DNA of 64,000 nucleotides, from the IMG/VR virus record IMGVR_UViG_3300029362_000002; one strand, given 5' to 3'. Origin of the DNA: a virus. The notes under the pieces were generated by a model. It saw only the letters and a program-made list of their open reading frames with translations. It was not told the DNA's origin and did not search any database. Both the position numbers and the translations under genes were made by a program. Of this stretch, positions 1 to 10,006 are shown piece after piece; the stretch's first letter is position 1; each line of letters opens with the position of its first letter.

Positions 1-11
1 AAGTTCTGGAA

Positions 12-245
12 GTGAACGTGCTTCCGGAAAAGCCGCAGCTTCCGTCCGATGAATGGTGTGGAGCAGTGCGAGCAAAACTGTATGTAAAAAAAATGAACAT
101 CAGCGAGCTGAGCAAGTCCATCGGATTCAATCGAGACAAGGTATCGTTGGTGCTGAACGGCCATGCACTTGATTGGCCAGTGATCGAGAAGATCAATGAA
201 CAGTTAAAAGTGGAAGTACCGGCTGTTCCTGTAGGCACTGATTAA
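12..245 (+). CDS. Small HTH DNA-binding protein (5' end may lie outside the window)
   Basis: MNISELSKSIGFNRDKVSLVLNG resembles an XRE-type helix-turn-helix. The frame is open to the window edge. Confidence 0.5.
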   Translation: MNVLPEKPQLPSDEWCGAVRAKLYVKKMNISELSKSIGFNRDKVSLVLNGHALDWPVIEKINEQLKVEVPAVPVGTD

Positions 246-267
246 ATTATAAGTGAAAGTAAGGTAA

Positions 268-768
268 ATGAGAATGGGACGGAACCCTATAAAAGAAAAC
301 CAGAATCCGTATTTTAGAGCCAGAAAACAGGCGGCAGAATGGGATGCAAGGCTGGAAAGCAGAGAAAGAGCATCGGAGCTTATAGGAATTGCGGCATATA
401 CGCTGGCAGACTACGAGCTGGGAAATGTTAAAAGAGTGCCAGCCGACAAGGTTTTGATAATGGCGGATCTGTACAACGCACCTTGGCTCCTGAGCAATTA
501 TTGCAAGAATGAATGTCCGATCTGCGGATTCCTTCCACTTGCAACGGAAGAGAAAAATATATGCAGCGTGACCGTGAGATTATTAAAAGCTTTGAGAGAA
601 GATGAGCTGGAGAATATGAAAAATCAGCTGCTTGAAATATCCCAGGACGGAAAGATAAGGGACGACGAGGTAGAAGCGGTGAGAAAGATATCTGAATATC
701 TTGACGGCATCGCAGAGGTAATAAGTGAATTTAAAATAATGAGCGATAAAGCTCTGAAAGGCAAATAG
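268..768 (+). CDS. XRE-like transcriptional regulator
   Basis: 166-aa ORF. ELIGIAAYTLADYELGNVKRVPADKV is HTH-like and is followed by a C..CPIC cluster. Confidence 0.55.
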   Translation: MRMGRNPIKENQNPYFRARKQAAEWDARLESRERASELIGIAAYTLADYELGNVKRVPADKVLIMADLYNAPWLLSNYCKNECPICGFLPLATEEKNICSVTVRLLKALREDELENMKNQLLEISQDGKIRDDEVEAVRKISEYLDGIAEVISEFKIMSDKALKGK

Positions 769-777
769 GAGGATACG

Positions 778-975
778 ATGAGAAAGGTTAGACGGTTACT
801 GAAGGAAAATTGGATACCGATTGTAGTTGGTATTCTTCTCACGAAGTGGGCCGTAGATTATGCATATCGAGTGCGGGGTTATGACGCAATAGGGAGTGAA
901 TGGTTAGTATTACCGTTCACCATTTTTATTTTTAACTGGGGAAAAGCTGCGTGGGAAGATTTAAGAGGTGAATAG
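778..975 (+). CDS. Small membrane protein
   Basis: 65 aa with hydrophobic segments IPIVVGILLTKW and LVLPFTIFIF. Tightly packed in the operon. Confidence 0.5.
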   Translation: MRKVRRLLKENWIPIVVGILLTKWAVDYAYRVRGYDAIGSEWLVLPFTIFIFNWGKAAWEDLRGE

Positions 976-977
976 GT

Positions 978-1208
978 ATGTGTGCAGTATGTAGAAAAAA
1001 TCCATGTGACAGCAGATGTCCGAACGCTGAAGAGCCGAAATCTATATATACCTGCGAATGGTGCGAGGAGCCAATTTATGAAGGTGACAAGTATATGGAT
1101 ACTCCAGAAGGCCCGGTTTGTAAAGAATGTATAGAAGGCATGAGTGCAACAGAATTTTGCGAGTTGATTGGAGAATCATTCAAAACAGCAGAGAAGGAGG
1201 AAGAATAG
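978..1208 (+). CDS. Cys-rich zinc-finger-like small protein
   Basis: CAVC..C..C and CEWC..CKEC pairs in 76 aa. Confidence 0.5.
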   Translation: MCAVCRKNPCDSRCPNAEEPKSIYTCEWCEEPIYEGDKYMDTPEGPVCKECIEGMSATEFCELIGESFKTAEKEEE

Positions 1209-1209
1209 A

Positions 1210-2118
1210 ATGGAAGATCAGACAGGAATGCAGCCGGCAGCACCACAAGCGGCACCAGCTGTTCCGGTAGTAAAACAGGTAAAGGAGTTGCTTTCCCAGG
1301 ACAAAATCAAAGAAAAATTCGGAGAAGTATTAGGGCAGAAAGCTCCTCAGTTTATGGCATCGATCACTAATACAGTATCAGGAAGCGCACAGTTGAAGAA
1401 ATGCCCTGCAAATTCAATTATCGGAGCTGCGTTTGTAGCGGCAACATATGACCTTCCGATAGACAGCAACCTTGGATTTGCGGCAATCGTTCCGTATAAC
1501 GAGAGTGTTTGGAACCCCAGGAAGAAGGACTGGGAGAAGGTTCCAAAGGCTCAGTTCCAGATGATGTATAAAGGTTTCATTCAGCTGGCAATCCGGTCGG
1601 GATATTACGAGCGAATGAATTATGCAGTTGTATACAAGGACGAGCTGGAATCATATAACCCAATAACAGGCGAGATTAAGTTTGTGGAAGATTTCAGTAA
1701 TTGCAAGCAGAGAGATGCTGGAGACGAAGCAAATGTGGCCGGATATTATGCCTGGTTTAGATTAAAGACTGGTTACAGCCAGGAGCTGTATATGTCGAAG
1801 AAAGCAGTGGATAATCATGCAAGAAAGTATTCCCAGGCGTACAGATATGATTTGAACAAAGGCAAGAAATCAAGTAAGTGGACCACAGATTTCGAGGCAA
1901 TGGCACTGAAAACAGTCATTAAGCTGCTTCTTAGCAAGTGGGGAATTTTATCGGTGGATATGCAGAGAGCCATACAGGACGATCAGAAGACGTATGACGA
2001 AGAAGGAAATGGAACCTACGGCGATAACAAGCCGGATTCAGTTCCGGAATTGGAAGCGCAAGATCCGTTCGAGGTAGTAGAGGAAGAGCCAGAAGATGTA
2101 GATATCGATGCAATGTAG
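1210..2118 (+). CDS. recT: RecT-family single-strand annealing protein
   Basis: ATG at 1210 follows GGAGG. RecT-like core (QFMASITN, GFAAIVPY, YMSKKAVDNHARKYS). A nuclease partner gene follows directly. Confidence 0.8.
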   Translation: MEDQTGMQPAAPQAAPAVPVVKQVKELLSQDKIKEKFGEVLGQKAPQFMASITNTVSGSAQLKKCPANSIIGAAFVAATYDLPIDSNLGFAAIVPYNESVWNPRKKDWEKVPKAQFQMMYKGFIQLAIRSGYYERMNYAVVYKDELESYNPITGEIKFVEDFSNCKQRDAGDEANVAGYYAWFRLKTGYSQELYMSKKAVDNHARKYSQAYRYDLNKGKKSSKWTTDFEAMALKTVIKLLLSKWGILSVDMQRAIQDDQKTYDEEGNGTYGDNKPDSVPELEAQDPFEVVEEEPEDVDIDAM

Positions 2119-2130
2119 GAGGGATGACAC

Positions 2131-2928
2131 ATGGTTTTGACGGCAGAGAATTATTATAGCCAGGAAGCGAATGAAGAATATATGAGCGTGTCGCAGTTCA
2201 AGGATTTCTGCGGTACATATGGTAAAATGCCTTGCGAATTTACTGCAATGGAAAAGCTGAAGGGAAGATGGGAAGAACCGAAATCGAAGGCCCTCATGGT
2301 TGGAAGCTATGTAGATTCCTACTTTGAGGGAACACTTGATAAATTCAAGGCAGAGAATCCGGATCTTTTCAAGAGAGACGGAACGCTGAAAGCTGAGTTT
2401 GTGAAGGCAGATGAAATTATCCAGAGAATCGAGAGAGACGATTATTTTATGAAATTCATGTCCGGCAAGAAGCAGGTAATTATGACGGGAGAGCTGTTCG
2501 GAACAAAGTGGAAGGTTAAGATGGACAGCTACATCCCGGACATTGCGATTGTTGATTTAAAGGTTATGGCATCGATCACAAAGCTGGAATGGGTAAGAGA
2601 TATTGGGTATCTGGATTTTGTGCGGTACTGGGGATATGACATACAGGGTGCAATTTACCAGGAAATCGTCCGCCAGAACACCGGAAAGAAGTTACCGTTT
2701 TATATTGCTGGAGCCACTAAGGAAAGCGAACCGGATATTCGAATCATTCATATCACAGACAATTATCTGGCCGAGGCACTGAATCTGGTAGAAATGAATA
2801 TGGCAAGAGTCCTGGCAGTGAAGTCAGGGGATGCAGAGCCGGATCGGTGCGAATTGTGTGATTGCTGCAGGAAGACGAGAGTTCTGAAAGCCCCTATCTC
2901 TATTACGGATTTGACGGCAGGTATCTGA
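2131..2928 (+). CDS. PD-(D/E)XK exonuclease, Cas4/RecB-like with Cys cluster
   Basis: IAIVDLKV (D-x-K) and QGAIYQ motifs. N-terminal Cys residues plus C-terminal CELCDCC fit a 4Fe-4S Cas4-type nuclease. Confidence 0.75.
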   Translation: MVLTAENYYSQEANEEYMSVSQFKDFCGTYGKMPCEFTAMEKLKGRWEEPKSKALMVGSYVDSYFEGTLDKFKAENPDLFKRDGTLKAEFVKADEIIQRIERDDYFMKFMSGKKQVIMTGELFGTKWKVKMDSYIPDIAIVDLKVMASITKLEWVRDIGYLDFVRYWGYDIQGAIYQEIVRQNTGKKLPFYIAGATKESEPDIRIIHITDNYLAEALNLVEMNMARVLAVKSGDAEPDRCELCDCCRKTRVLKAPISITDLTAGI

Positions 2929-2929
2929 T

Positions 2930-3709
2930 ATGGCCGAAAAGAAGTATTATTGGCTGAAAATGACGGATCAGTTCTTCGAGGATAAGGCAATAAAGAAGCT
3001 GAGAAAGATAGCAGGGGGCGATACCTACACAATCATCTATCTGAAAATGCTGCTGACGGCAATTAAACAGGGAAACAAAATGTATTTTGAAGGAATCGAA
3101 GATGATTTCATGGAAGAGTTGGCGTTGGAACTGGATGAAGATACAGATAACGTGAAGGTAACAGTAAGCTATCTGAAAAGTAAGGGCCTGATAGAAGTTC
3201 TTGGAGCAGACGAAATATTGCTGACGCAATGCGCTGAGATGGTTGGATCAGAAACGGATGCTGCAAGGAGAAAAAGATTGCAGAGAGACCGGGAACGGAA
3301 TCGAGCAATAGGATCAGATCCGGTGCCTGCCTTGGAAGAAAAGTCAGAGGTTGTGGTAGAAGAAAAACCGGCCAAGAAAAAAGCAGAGAATACGATCCAA
3401 TTATTTCATCGTTTAGTTGAAGATTACAATATTTCTGAGCCTGTCCGAGAAAAGATGGAAGTTTGGTTCCGATACAAGATGGAGCGAAAGGAATCATACA
3501 AGGAGCAGGGAATGAAATCATTGCTCAAGAAGACCGAGAACAATGAAGGAAGCTATGGAGCAAATGAAATCTGCAATCTGATCGAAGACTGCATGGCGAA
3601 TAACTGGAAAGGAATTATCTGGAAAATCCTAGAGGAAAGAAAGCAGCAGCGACCGGCAACAAGAACTGAGCAGATACAACAGAGGGTTAGCGAGGTAGAT
3701 AGCTGGTAA
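2930..3709 (+). CDS. Phage replisome organizer / replication initiation protein
   Basis: The N-terminus KKYYWLKMTDQFFEDKAIKKLRK..GDTYTIIYLKMLL matches the remembered replisome-organizer N-domain pattern. Confidence 0.6.
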   Translation: MAEKKYYWLKMTDQFFEDKAIKKLRKIAGGDTYTIIYLKMLLTAIKQGNKMYFEGIEDDFMEELALELDEDTDNVKVTVSYLKSKGLIEVLGADEILLTQCAEMVGSETDAARRKRLQRDRERNRAIGSDPVPALEEKSEVVVEEKPAKKKAENTIQLFHRLVEDYNISEPVREKMEVWFRYKMERKESYKEQGMKSLLKKTENNEGSYGANEICNLIEDCMANNWKGIIWKILEERKQQRPATRTEQIQQRVSEVDSW

Positions 3710-4362
3710 TGGAAAGAGAACAGTTCAAAGTTTTGGTGAAGGCCATGAAGGCTGTATACGCCCAGCCAACCTTCATTCCGGATCAGGATGCGTTCAATGT
3801 ATGGTTCGCATTGTTGGGAGATCTGCCATATAAACAGGCAGAGCTGGCAGTTCAAAAGCATATGGCAACTGAGAAATTCCCACCGACAATAGCAGATATA
3901 AGGGAAAAGGCAGAGCAGATCACCTCTGTAAAAGAAACGGAAATGAGTGAGCTGGAAGCCTGGGCGATTGTGCGAAAAGCAATCGGAAGATCAAATTATT
4001 ATGCAGAAGAGGAATTTGAGAAATTGCCAGAAGCCTGCAAGATGGCAGTAGGAAATCCAAGCAACTTAAGAGAATGGGCGATGATGGATTCAGACCAGGT
4101 CGGAACCGTAGAGCAATCTCATTTTGTGAGAAATTATCGGACTGCAATGCAGAGAATCAAAGAAGACCGAAGAATGCCAGAAAAGGTCAGGACAGCAATA
4201 GAAGAGGTCAAAAAACAGCAGATGCAGATTGAAGACAGACAGGAGAAACCTAAGTTGCCAGTCCAGGAAGAAAAAGAGGACGAGACACAAGGCGAAATGT
4301 CAGAAGAAACCAGGAGAAAACTGGAGGAATTGCGAGGAAAGATAGGAAGTAGAAGGAGGTAG
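3709..4362 (+). CDS. G39P-like helicase loader/inhibitor
   Basis: N-terminus FKVLVKAMKAVYAQPTFIPDQDAFNVWFALLGDLPY..FPPTIADIRE resembles SPP1 G39P-type loaders. No phage helicase gene is seen. Confidence 0.5.
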   Translation: MEREQFKVLVKAMKAVYAQPTFIPDQDAFNVWFALLGDLPYKQAELAVQKHMATEKFPPTIADIREKAEQITSVKETEMSELEAWAIVRKAIGRSNYYAEEEFEKLPEACKMAVGNPSNLREWAMMDSDQVGTVEQSHFVRNYRTAMQRIKEDRRMPEKVRTAIEEVKKQQMQIEDRQEKPKLPVQEEKEDETQGEMSEETRRKLEELRGKIGSRRR

Positions 4363-4366
4363 GACA

Positions 4367-4555
4367 ATGGCTTTTAAGAAAGTGGCAGAAATCAGCATTG
4401 ATAAATTAGAGGACAGAAAAACTGTAACAGCGATCTTACACGCAAACGGATATACAGTTGGGCCAGGAAAGCGAAAGAAGACACCTACAGGGAAACAGCT
4501 GGACTATTATCTGAAAGTTTACAAGGAAGTTGAGGAGGACGGAAAGGATGAATAA
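4367..4555 (+). CDS. Hypothetical protein
   Basis: 62-aa ORF in the operon, overlapping the next start. Confidence 0.45.
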   Translation: MAFKKVAEISIDKLEDRKTVTAILHANGYTVGPGKRKKTPTGKQLDYYLKVYKEVEEDGKDE

Positions 4556-5036
4556 TCCAGAGGCGTTCAAGGAGGATGAAGTGCGAAGCATAAAATTCGT
4601 TGTTCCAGGCCTGCCGTTTGGTAAGCAGAGGCCAAAAGTGACAGTCAGGAAGTTTACTGGCAGTGACGGCAAGGAAAAGAAATTTGCAAAGGCTTATACG
4701 CCGGAAAAAACAGTAAACTATGAAAATCTGGTTAAGATGGCATACCAGGAGAAGGCAAAAGGAAAAAAGTTCAAGGACGGTGATATGCTGGATGTTCGTA
4801 TTATTGCTTATTACAATATCCCACCGTCTACCAGTAAGAAAAGAAGAACGATGATGCTGGAGCATAAGATCCGGCCAACTAAGAAGCCAGACTGGGATAA
4901 CATCGGAAAGATTGTCTGCGATAGCTTAAATAATATTGCGTATCACGATGATAACCAGGTTGTAGATGCACAGGTAAGAAAGTTCTTCTCGGAGAATCCA
5001 AGAGTAGAAGTGACAATAAGAAAGGTGGAAGGGTAA
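4548..5036 (+). CDS. rusA: RusA-family Holliday junction resolvase
   Basis: ATG at 4548 follows GGAGG. Contains VPGLPFGKQRPK and DWDNIGKIVCDSLNNIAYHDDNQV. Confidence 0.8.
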   Translation: MNNPEAFKEDEVRSIKFVVPGLPFGKQRPKVTVRKFTGSDGKEKKFAKAYTPEKTVNYENLVKMAYQEKAKGKKFKDGDMLDVRIIAYYNIPPSTSKKRRTMMLEHKIRPTKKPDWDNIGKIVCDSLNNIAYHDDNQVVDAQVRKFFSENPRVEVTIRKVEG

Positions 5037-6127
5037 TGGCAGGAGAAGAAAAACAGATAGTAGTAGAGGAAACCACAGTAGTTCCGGGCAAAATGGAGTT
5101 TAGATTGATTAGCCCGACAGAGAGCAATTTTTTGAAACATATCGAATGGAACAAAGAAGAGCTGCTGGCAGCGGTCAGAAGCAAGGTTGCATTGTATGAA
5201 GGAATTGTATATACCGAAGAAACGGTTAAAACAGCTAAGAATGATCGAGCAGAGCTGAACAACCTTGTTAAGGCTATTGATGAGCGCAGAAAAAAGGTGA
5301 AAGAGGTTATCAACCAGCCATACGCAGAATTTGAGAAAGAGCTGAAGGAAATCACCGATCTTATCAAGAAGCAGTCGGCAGAGATTGATGAACAGGTAAA
5401 AGCCTTTGAGACTGCGGAGAAGGAAGAAAAGAGAGCAAAGATTATGGAGGCTTACGAAAAAGCCGTTGGAAATCTTGCAGAAATCTTGCCATTTAGTAAA
5501 GTGTTCGATCAGCGGTATCTGAATAAGACTTGCAAGCTGGAATCCGCTATCGCAGATGTGCAGAAGAAAATCGAGCAGGTAAAGACTGATCTTGAAACCA
5601 TTGAAAGCGTATGCGGAAAGTATAAGCTGAATGCTAAGGATATATATGTCCGTACCATGGATTTATCAAAAGCTATGGCAGAAGAAAAACGTCTGAAAGA
5701 TCTGGAAGAAAAGCTGGAAGCAGAACGTATCCAGAAAGAAAAAGCCGCAGAAGAAAGAAGAAAGGCAGAGGAAGCCAGAAAAGCAGAGGCAGAGCGCATC
5801 CGTAAGGAAGAAGAGCAGAAGGAAATCGAGAGACAGAAAAAAGCAGAGGAGGAGCGTATCGCCGCAGAGAAAGCTGAAGCAGAGAAAAAGCAGAGCGTTC
5901 CGGAAATGTCGCAGGATGTTCCGACAGAGCAGGTTACTGTTCCGGAAAAAGAGGAAAATGTTCCGACACAGGAAACAGAACCAGCAGTTGATCCGTTTGC
6001 TCAGGCACGGCCTGTTCCGGAAAAGAAGTGCAGAACTAAGTTCTTCGCAATTGGAACTAGAGATCAGCTGAAGGCATTGGTTGCATACATGAAGGAAAGC
6101 GGAATTAAATACGGAAAGGTGGAGTAA
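5036..6127 (+). CDS. DUF1351-like phage protein with Glu/Lys-rich coiled coil
   Basis: 363 aa. N-terminal TVKTAKNDRAELNNLVKAIDERRKKVKE pattern. Central EEKLEAERIQKEKAAEERRKAEE low-complexity segment. Confidence 0.5.
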   Translation: MAGEEKQIVVEETTVVPGKMEFRLISPTESNFLKHIEWNKEELLAAVRSKVALYEGIVYTEETVKTAKNDRAELNNLVKAIDERRKKVKEVINQPYAEFEKELKEITDLIKKQSAEIDEQVKAFETAEKEEKRAKIMEAYEKAVGNLAEILPFSKVFDQRYLNKTCKLESAIADVQKKIEQVKTDLETIESVCGKYKLNAKDIYVRTMDLSKAMAEEKRLKDLEEKLEAERIQKEKAAEERRKAEEARKAEAERIRKEEEQKEIERQKKAEEERIAAEKAEAEKKQSVPEMSQDVPTEQVTVPEKEENVPTQETEPAVDPFAQARPVPEKKCRTKFFAIGTRDQLKALVAYMKESGIKYGKVE

Positions 6128-6130
6128 GGA

Positions 6131-6757
6131 ATGGATAAATTTATGAAAGCACTGGATTTTGACAGCGATACACTGGGAAATGTAAAGCGAGATATGAACT
6201 TTGTTCTGCAGAGATTGATCGGAAACATGATGGAGAAAGGGAGTACGAATGGAAGTTTGACATTGAAAATTGATGTCAGTTTCACTCAGGAATATATTCC
6301 AAATTATGATCCTAAAGTAGAAGGCGAGAGCAGGAAAATCAATAAGCCAAGTTTCAAGCATAAAGTTACATCTACCGTGCAGATCACGGACAAAAAGGAC
6401 GGCAATATGGATACAGAAATGGAGCTGGCATTTGATGAAGATAGTGGTGAGTATGTTTTACAGCCGGTAGCCAATACAACGCAGAAGAGTATTTTTGACA
6501 GTGATTATAAAGAAAATCTGAAGCCAGAGAATGAAGAGGAGTCAGAAAAAGAAGAACCGAAGGGAATCCCTCAGTTACCTGGTCCGTCAGAAGTGGAAGA
6601 CGAAGACGTAATCGATGCGGAATATACAGAGACAGAGATCGACCAGGAAACAGATGAAGAACCGGAAGAGGATATTACGGACGAAATATTGGGAGATGCA
6701 GAAGAACCGGACGATATGGATGGCTATGATTATGAAGACCCGGAGGATGAAGTATGA
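6131..6757 (+). CDS. Hypothetical protein with strongly acidic C-terminal tail
   Basis: 208 aa. The last ~80 aa are D/E-rich (EVEDEDVIDAEYTETEIDQETDEEPEED). Confidence 0.55.
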   Translation: MDKFMKALDFDSDTLGNVKRDMNFVLQRLIGNMMEKGSTNGSLTLKIDVSFTQEYIPNYDPKVEGESRKINKPSFKHKVTSTVQITDKKDGNMDTEMELAFDEDSGEYVLQPVANTTQKSIFDSDYKENLKPENEEESEKEEPKGIPQLPGPSEVEDEDVIDAEYTETEIDQETDEEPEEDITDEILGDAEEPDDMDGYDYEDPEDEV

Positions 6758-7065
6758 GAATTAAAGAGAAGAGGATGAAAAGTTTTGTCAGCAGAGCAAA
6801 CGTCCTTACACAGGCCAAAAAGCAGGCAGAAGCTGCCAAAGTAGTGAACGATGGCCTACAGTATTATTCAAACAATGTGATCAAAGCGATTTCTCCGTAT
6901 GCTGCAGCTGATGCAGGGATGATCGTTGTGGTTCTTCGACATCTGGCCGATGAAATGGAATCAAAGAACGTAGGAGCAAAAGAATTTGCCGAGTGGCTGG
7001 ATGAGCATACTAAGAAGCCGCCCCTTACAGAAACACAGGTAGTCAAGAAGCCAAATATGCAGTAG
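6754..7065 (+). CDS. Hypothetical protein
   Basis: 103-aa ORF with ATGA-type overlap to the upstream gene. Confidence 0.5.
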   Translation: MRIKEKRMKSFVSRANVLTQAKKQAEAAKVVNDGLQYYSNNVIKAISPYAAADAGMIVVVLRHLADEMESKNVGAKEFAEWLDEHTKKPPLTETQVVKKPNMQ

Positions 7066-7074
7066 GAGGTCAAC

Positions 7075-7362
7075 ATGGAAATAAATGTAATTAGCGGAGC
7101 GTTGTATACGCAGGACGGCAAGAAAATAGCTGACGTTAAAGATTCTTCTATAATGCTGGTAGATGAGCTATATAAACAGAGAACAATGGAAGTTGCGGAG
7201 AATATAGGAAAAACTCATAGTATCACTTGCCAGTTAGCTCCGTATGATATGCGGATGGTATACAGCCTCATGTACGGAATGAAGATCACAAATAATTTCT
7301 TAAAGATGCACGGAGGAATTATGGTAAGAAATGCTGCCAGGAGAAAATATAGAAGGAAGTGA
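7075..7362 (+). CDS. Hypothetical protein
   Basis: 95-aa ORF after a GGAGG RBS. Confidence 0.5.
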   Translation: MEINVISGALYTQDGKKIADVKDSSIMLVDELYKQRTMEVAENIGKTHSITCQLAPYDMRMVYSLMYGMKITNNFLKMHGGIMVRNAARRKYRRK

Positions 7363-7367
7363 GATGA

Positions 7368-7658
7368 ATGTTTTGTGATTTTAGGAAAGCTTTTGGTTTA
7401 GATCCTGAGTACAATAAACAGCTTGAAGAAAGTATGCAGGAAGCGGAGAAGAAAGCATTAAAAGAAAAGTGGTGCTGCACCTGCGAGTATTACATACCGG
7501 TTGATCCTAACCTTCCTGGATTTGTGGTCGCATATCCAGAGTGCGAAAAAGGCAGAGATCCAATGCAAAGCTGCGAAGAGTACAGAAGGAAAGGGTACGC
7601 AATCCGCAATAGTTCATGGGCTGATCGGATACGAGAGAGATTTATGAGAAAGGAGTAG
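7368..7658 (+). CDS. Hypothetical Cys-containing protein
   Basis: 96-aa ORF with WCCTCEY..C..C. Confidence 0.5.
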   Translation: MFCDFRKAFGLDPEYNKQLEESMQEAEKKALKEKWCCTCEYYIPVDPNLPGFVVAYPECEKGRDPMQSCEEYRRKGYAIRNSSWADRIRERFMRKE

Positions 7659-7660
7659 AG

Positions 7661-7900
7661 ATGGCATTGGTTACTATATGCGTTACGGCGATAGGAACGC
7701 TTATAATTGAGCGTGTTGCCAGAAAAATTTATTCGGAGATCAAGGAAAGATACGAAGCCAGAATAGAAGACCGAAAAAATGGGTTTGCATATGGAAAATA
7801 TCTGGACAATATAGCTTATGCGTATGGAATGAAACGCAAATTTTTTGAGTCAGACAAAGAATTTAGAGCGAGGATCTTGGAACAGATAAGGGGAATATAG
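7661..7900 (+). CDS. Hypothetical protein with N-terminal hydrophobic helix
   Basis: 79 aa, starting MALVTICVTAIGTLII. Confidence 0.5.
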   Translation: MALVTICVTAIGTLIIERVARKIYSEIKERYEARIEDRKNGFAYGKYLDNIAYAYGMKRKFFESDKEFRARILEQIRGI

Positions 7901-7901
7901 G

Positions 7902-8213
7902 ATGGCAACGAGATATATTATGACGCATGAAGTGATCCGGCGGGAAGAGGCTAGATTACTGAGAATACTTGAAGAATATCCGGTGAATGGAAGGAAGACC
8001 AACACAGGAACAATAAAGATGATCCGGAAAGAAATTGGAAATATGACATTCAGAATTGCCAGAAAATGCAATGTGAGTGTGAATTATCCTAAATGGAGCA
8101 TCCAAGGAAAGAAAGTGGTGCTGGGAGAACCTTCGATCCTGCTTCCGACATTGAGATATGTGAGCTTTGAGGAACTGAAGGCAATAGAATTAGGCTACGA
8201 AGGAGGTGCGTAA
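7902..8213 (+). CDS. Hypothetical protein
   Basis: 103-aa ORF, tightly packed. Confidence 0.5.
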   Translation: MATRYIMTHEVIRREEARLLRILEEYPVNGRKTNTGTIKMIRKEIGNMTFRIARKCNVSVNYPKWSIQGKKVVLGEPSILLPTLRYVSFEELKAIELGYEGGA

Positions 8214-8461
8214 TGATACCGAGATGCAAGGAGTGCCAACATTGCGAGTTGCGCAATCGGGCAGAGAGCAAGTTTACTGGCGGATATGGATACGGAAGAG
8301 GATATTTCTTCTGCGAAAATCAAGAAACAAAGAGGTTGCCGAGAGAAGCTTTTGGAAATCAGATGCCGAGTTTTATAGGATTCGGCACACCAGAATACGA
8401 AACGAAGCTGACGGTGAAGACAAGCCCAAGATGGTGTCCAAGGAGGAAGAAAAAAGAATGA
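8213..8461 (+). CDS. Cys-rich hypothetical protein
   Basis: 82 aa with CKECQHC..C..C. Its stop overlaps the next ATG (ATGA). Confidence 0.5.
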   Translation: MIPRCKECQHCELRNRAESKFTGGYGYGRGYFFCENQETKRLPREAFGNQMPSFIGFGTPEYETKLTVKTSPRWCPRRKKKE

Positions 8462-8712
8462 AGCAGGATAGTGCAGGACAATTCAGCCAATGCAATAGAT
8501 GCGGGGCAAGAATTATGTGGGTGAAAACAAAGGCAGGAAAGAATATGCCGGTAGATCCCCAGTTTGTAGATTTCAAGAAGATTAAGGGCGGTAAGGAAAG
8601 ATTGGTACTTCCTAATGGAGAAGTTGTGGCCGGAGAAAGATGCAAGGCGAAAGAAGCGGATGGCTACGGTTACATTTCTCATTTTGCGACCTGCCCTGGT
8701 TACAGGAGGTAG
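8458..8712 (+). CDS. Zinc-ribbon hypothetical protein
   Basis: Internal ATG at 8458 with an upstream GGAGGAAG RBS. Contains CNRC...C..C. The longer 8206 ORF overlaps 8213..8461 and is rejected. Confidence 0.5.
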   Translation: MKQDSAGQFSQCNRCGARIMWVKTKAGKNMPVDPQFVDFKKIKGGKERLVLPNGEVVAGERCKAKEADGYGYISHFATCPGYRR

Positions 8713-8715
8713 AGG

Positions 8716-8958
8716 ATGTTACATGAGCTGAAGACATATCCAAAATATTTCCAGGAAACAATCGAAGGCAATAAGCCATTTGAAATCCGGAAGAATGATC
8801 GCAATTTCCAGGTTGGAGATGTGCTGCTTCTGAAAGAGTGGGACAACATCAAATATACTGGAAGAGAAGTCGGTGCGATGGTCAGATATATTTTGGATGA
8901 TAAGTTCATAGGGTTGGCAGAAGGTTATGTTGCCTTGGGACTGCAGATCCTGACATAA
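8716..8958 (+). CDS. ASCH/DUF3850-like small protein
   Basis: HELKTYPKYFQETIEGNKPFEIRKNDRNFQVGDVLLLKE matches the remembered DUF3850 pattern. Confidence 0.5.
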   Translation: MLHELKTYPKYFQETIEGNKPFEIRKNDRNFQVGDVLLLKEWDNIKYTGREVGAMVRYILDDKFIGLAEGYVALGLQILT

Positions 8959-9048
8959 AAGAAAAGGCCGCCTCCCTGACGAAAGACGACCACACACGAT
9001 ACCGGAATTATAACCCGGAAAGATGGAAAAAGTCAAGGAGGTGGCAGC

Positions 9049-9765
9049 ATGACTGTAGAAGAAAATGTAAAAGAAAATACGCCGAAGGCTGAGGGTGAAG
9101 CACAGGGAGTGAAATACATTTCCCTGACTGAAGAAGAATTGGAAAGGCTCATAAAGGCCGCAGGCCGGGAGGGAGCCAAGAAAGGAGTAGAAGCCTACGA
9201 GAGAAGAAAAGAGAAAGACAAAGAGGAACTGGCAGATAAGGTAAAGAACAGTGCCAAAACGATCATCATTCATTACCGGCAGCTAAAGAAAATGAAGAAT
9301 ACATCGGTAACAGGGACAGACACGGTGACAGATCCTACGCTAAAAGAAATCCTGGACGGAATCCTGGAGCAGGTAAGGAAAGAGGAATTTAATCTTACCA
9401 GCACGAATAAGAACCGGATAGTGACCGGAATGCTTCTGAACCATGTAGATGTGCAGCTGGAGAATTACAAGAAGGAATGTAGAAAGTCAAAGATCCAGGA
9501 TATTCAGCGGAGATACCGGGTAGTGGAAAGAATGTTCCTGCAGGCGGAGCCGGTGCGGGCAGAAGATGTGGCCGAAGAGGAGCAGATTGATAAAAGTACA
9601 GTGTACCGCACGTTGGAAAAGGCATACGATGATCTGGCAGTTTTATTCTTTGGGATAGAAGGAGTAAAAAGTATAGAGGTGAACCGGAAACCAAAGAAAT
9701 CCGGTAAGAAGACTATGCGAAATGCAGATACGAGAAATCTCGCAAATGCGAAAAAGGCGCACTAG
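9049..9765 (+). CDS. Putative transcription regulator (sigma-70 region-4-like HTH)
   Basis: 238 aa. C-terminal EEEQIDKSTVYRTLEKAYDDLAVLFFG looks like a region-4 HTH. It is the last gene of the early block. Confidence 0.4.
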   Translation: MTVEENVKENTPKAEGEAQGVKYISLTEEELERLIKAAGREGAKKGVEAYERRKEKDKEELADKVKNSAKTIIIHYRQLKKMKNTSVTGTDTVTDPTLKEILDGILEQVRKEEFNLTSTNKNRIVTGMLLNHVDVQLENYKKECRKSKIQDIQRRYRVVERMFLQAEPVRAEDVAEEEQIDKSTVYRTLEKAYDDLAVLFFGIEGVKSIEVNRKPKKSGKKTMRNADTRNLANAKKAH

Positions 9766-10006
9766 ACAAGCGAAGGGCAAAGTGGTATTCTGATAAAAGC
9801 CCGATAAGCTATGTGTCACCCCTAAAAAAGGCATTGTTTTTCTTCTGTGAAGGCAGAGTGGGTAGGCAGAAATGCCGCCCACTCAAAACTCCAGAATTAT
9901 GAAAAATCGGTTAAAAAAGGGTAATAAAGTGTACTTAGATCAGCTCGCATAGTATAATTAAATTGTAGATAATACGCATTAGCGAGAATAAAGGAGTGAC
10001 AAAGCT

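Noticed and set aside
8206-8712. 168-aa ORF 8206..8712 as one gene
   Set aside because: Its first half overlaps 8213..8461 in another frame. An ATGA-coupled internal ATG at 8458 with its own RBS gives a compact zinc-ribbon protein.
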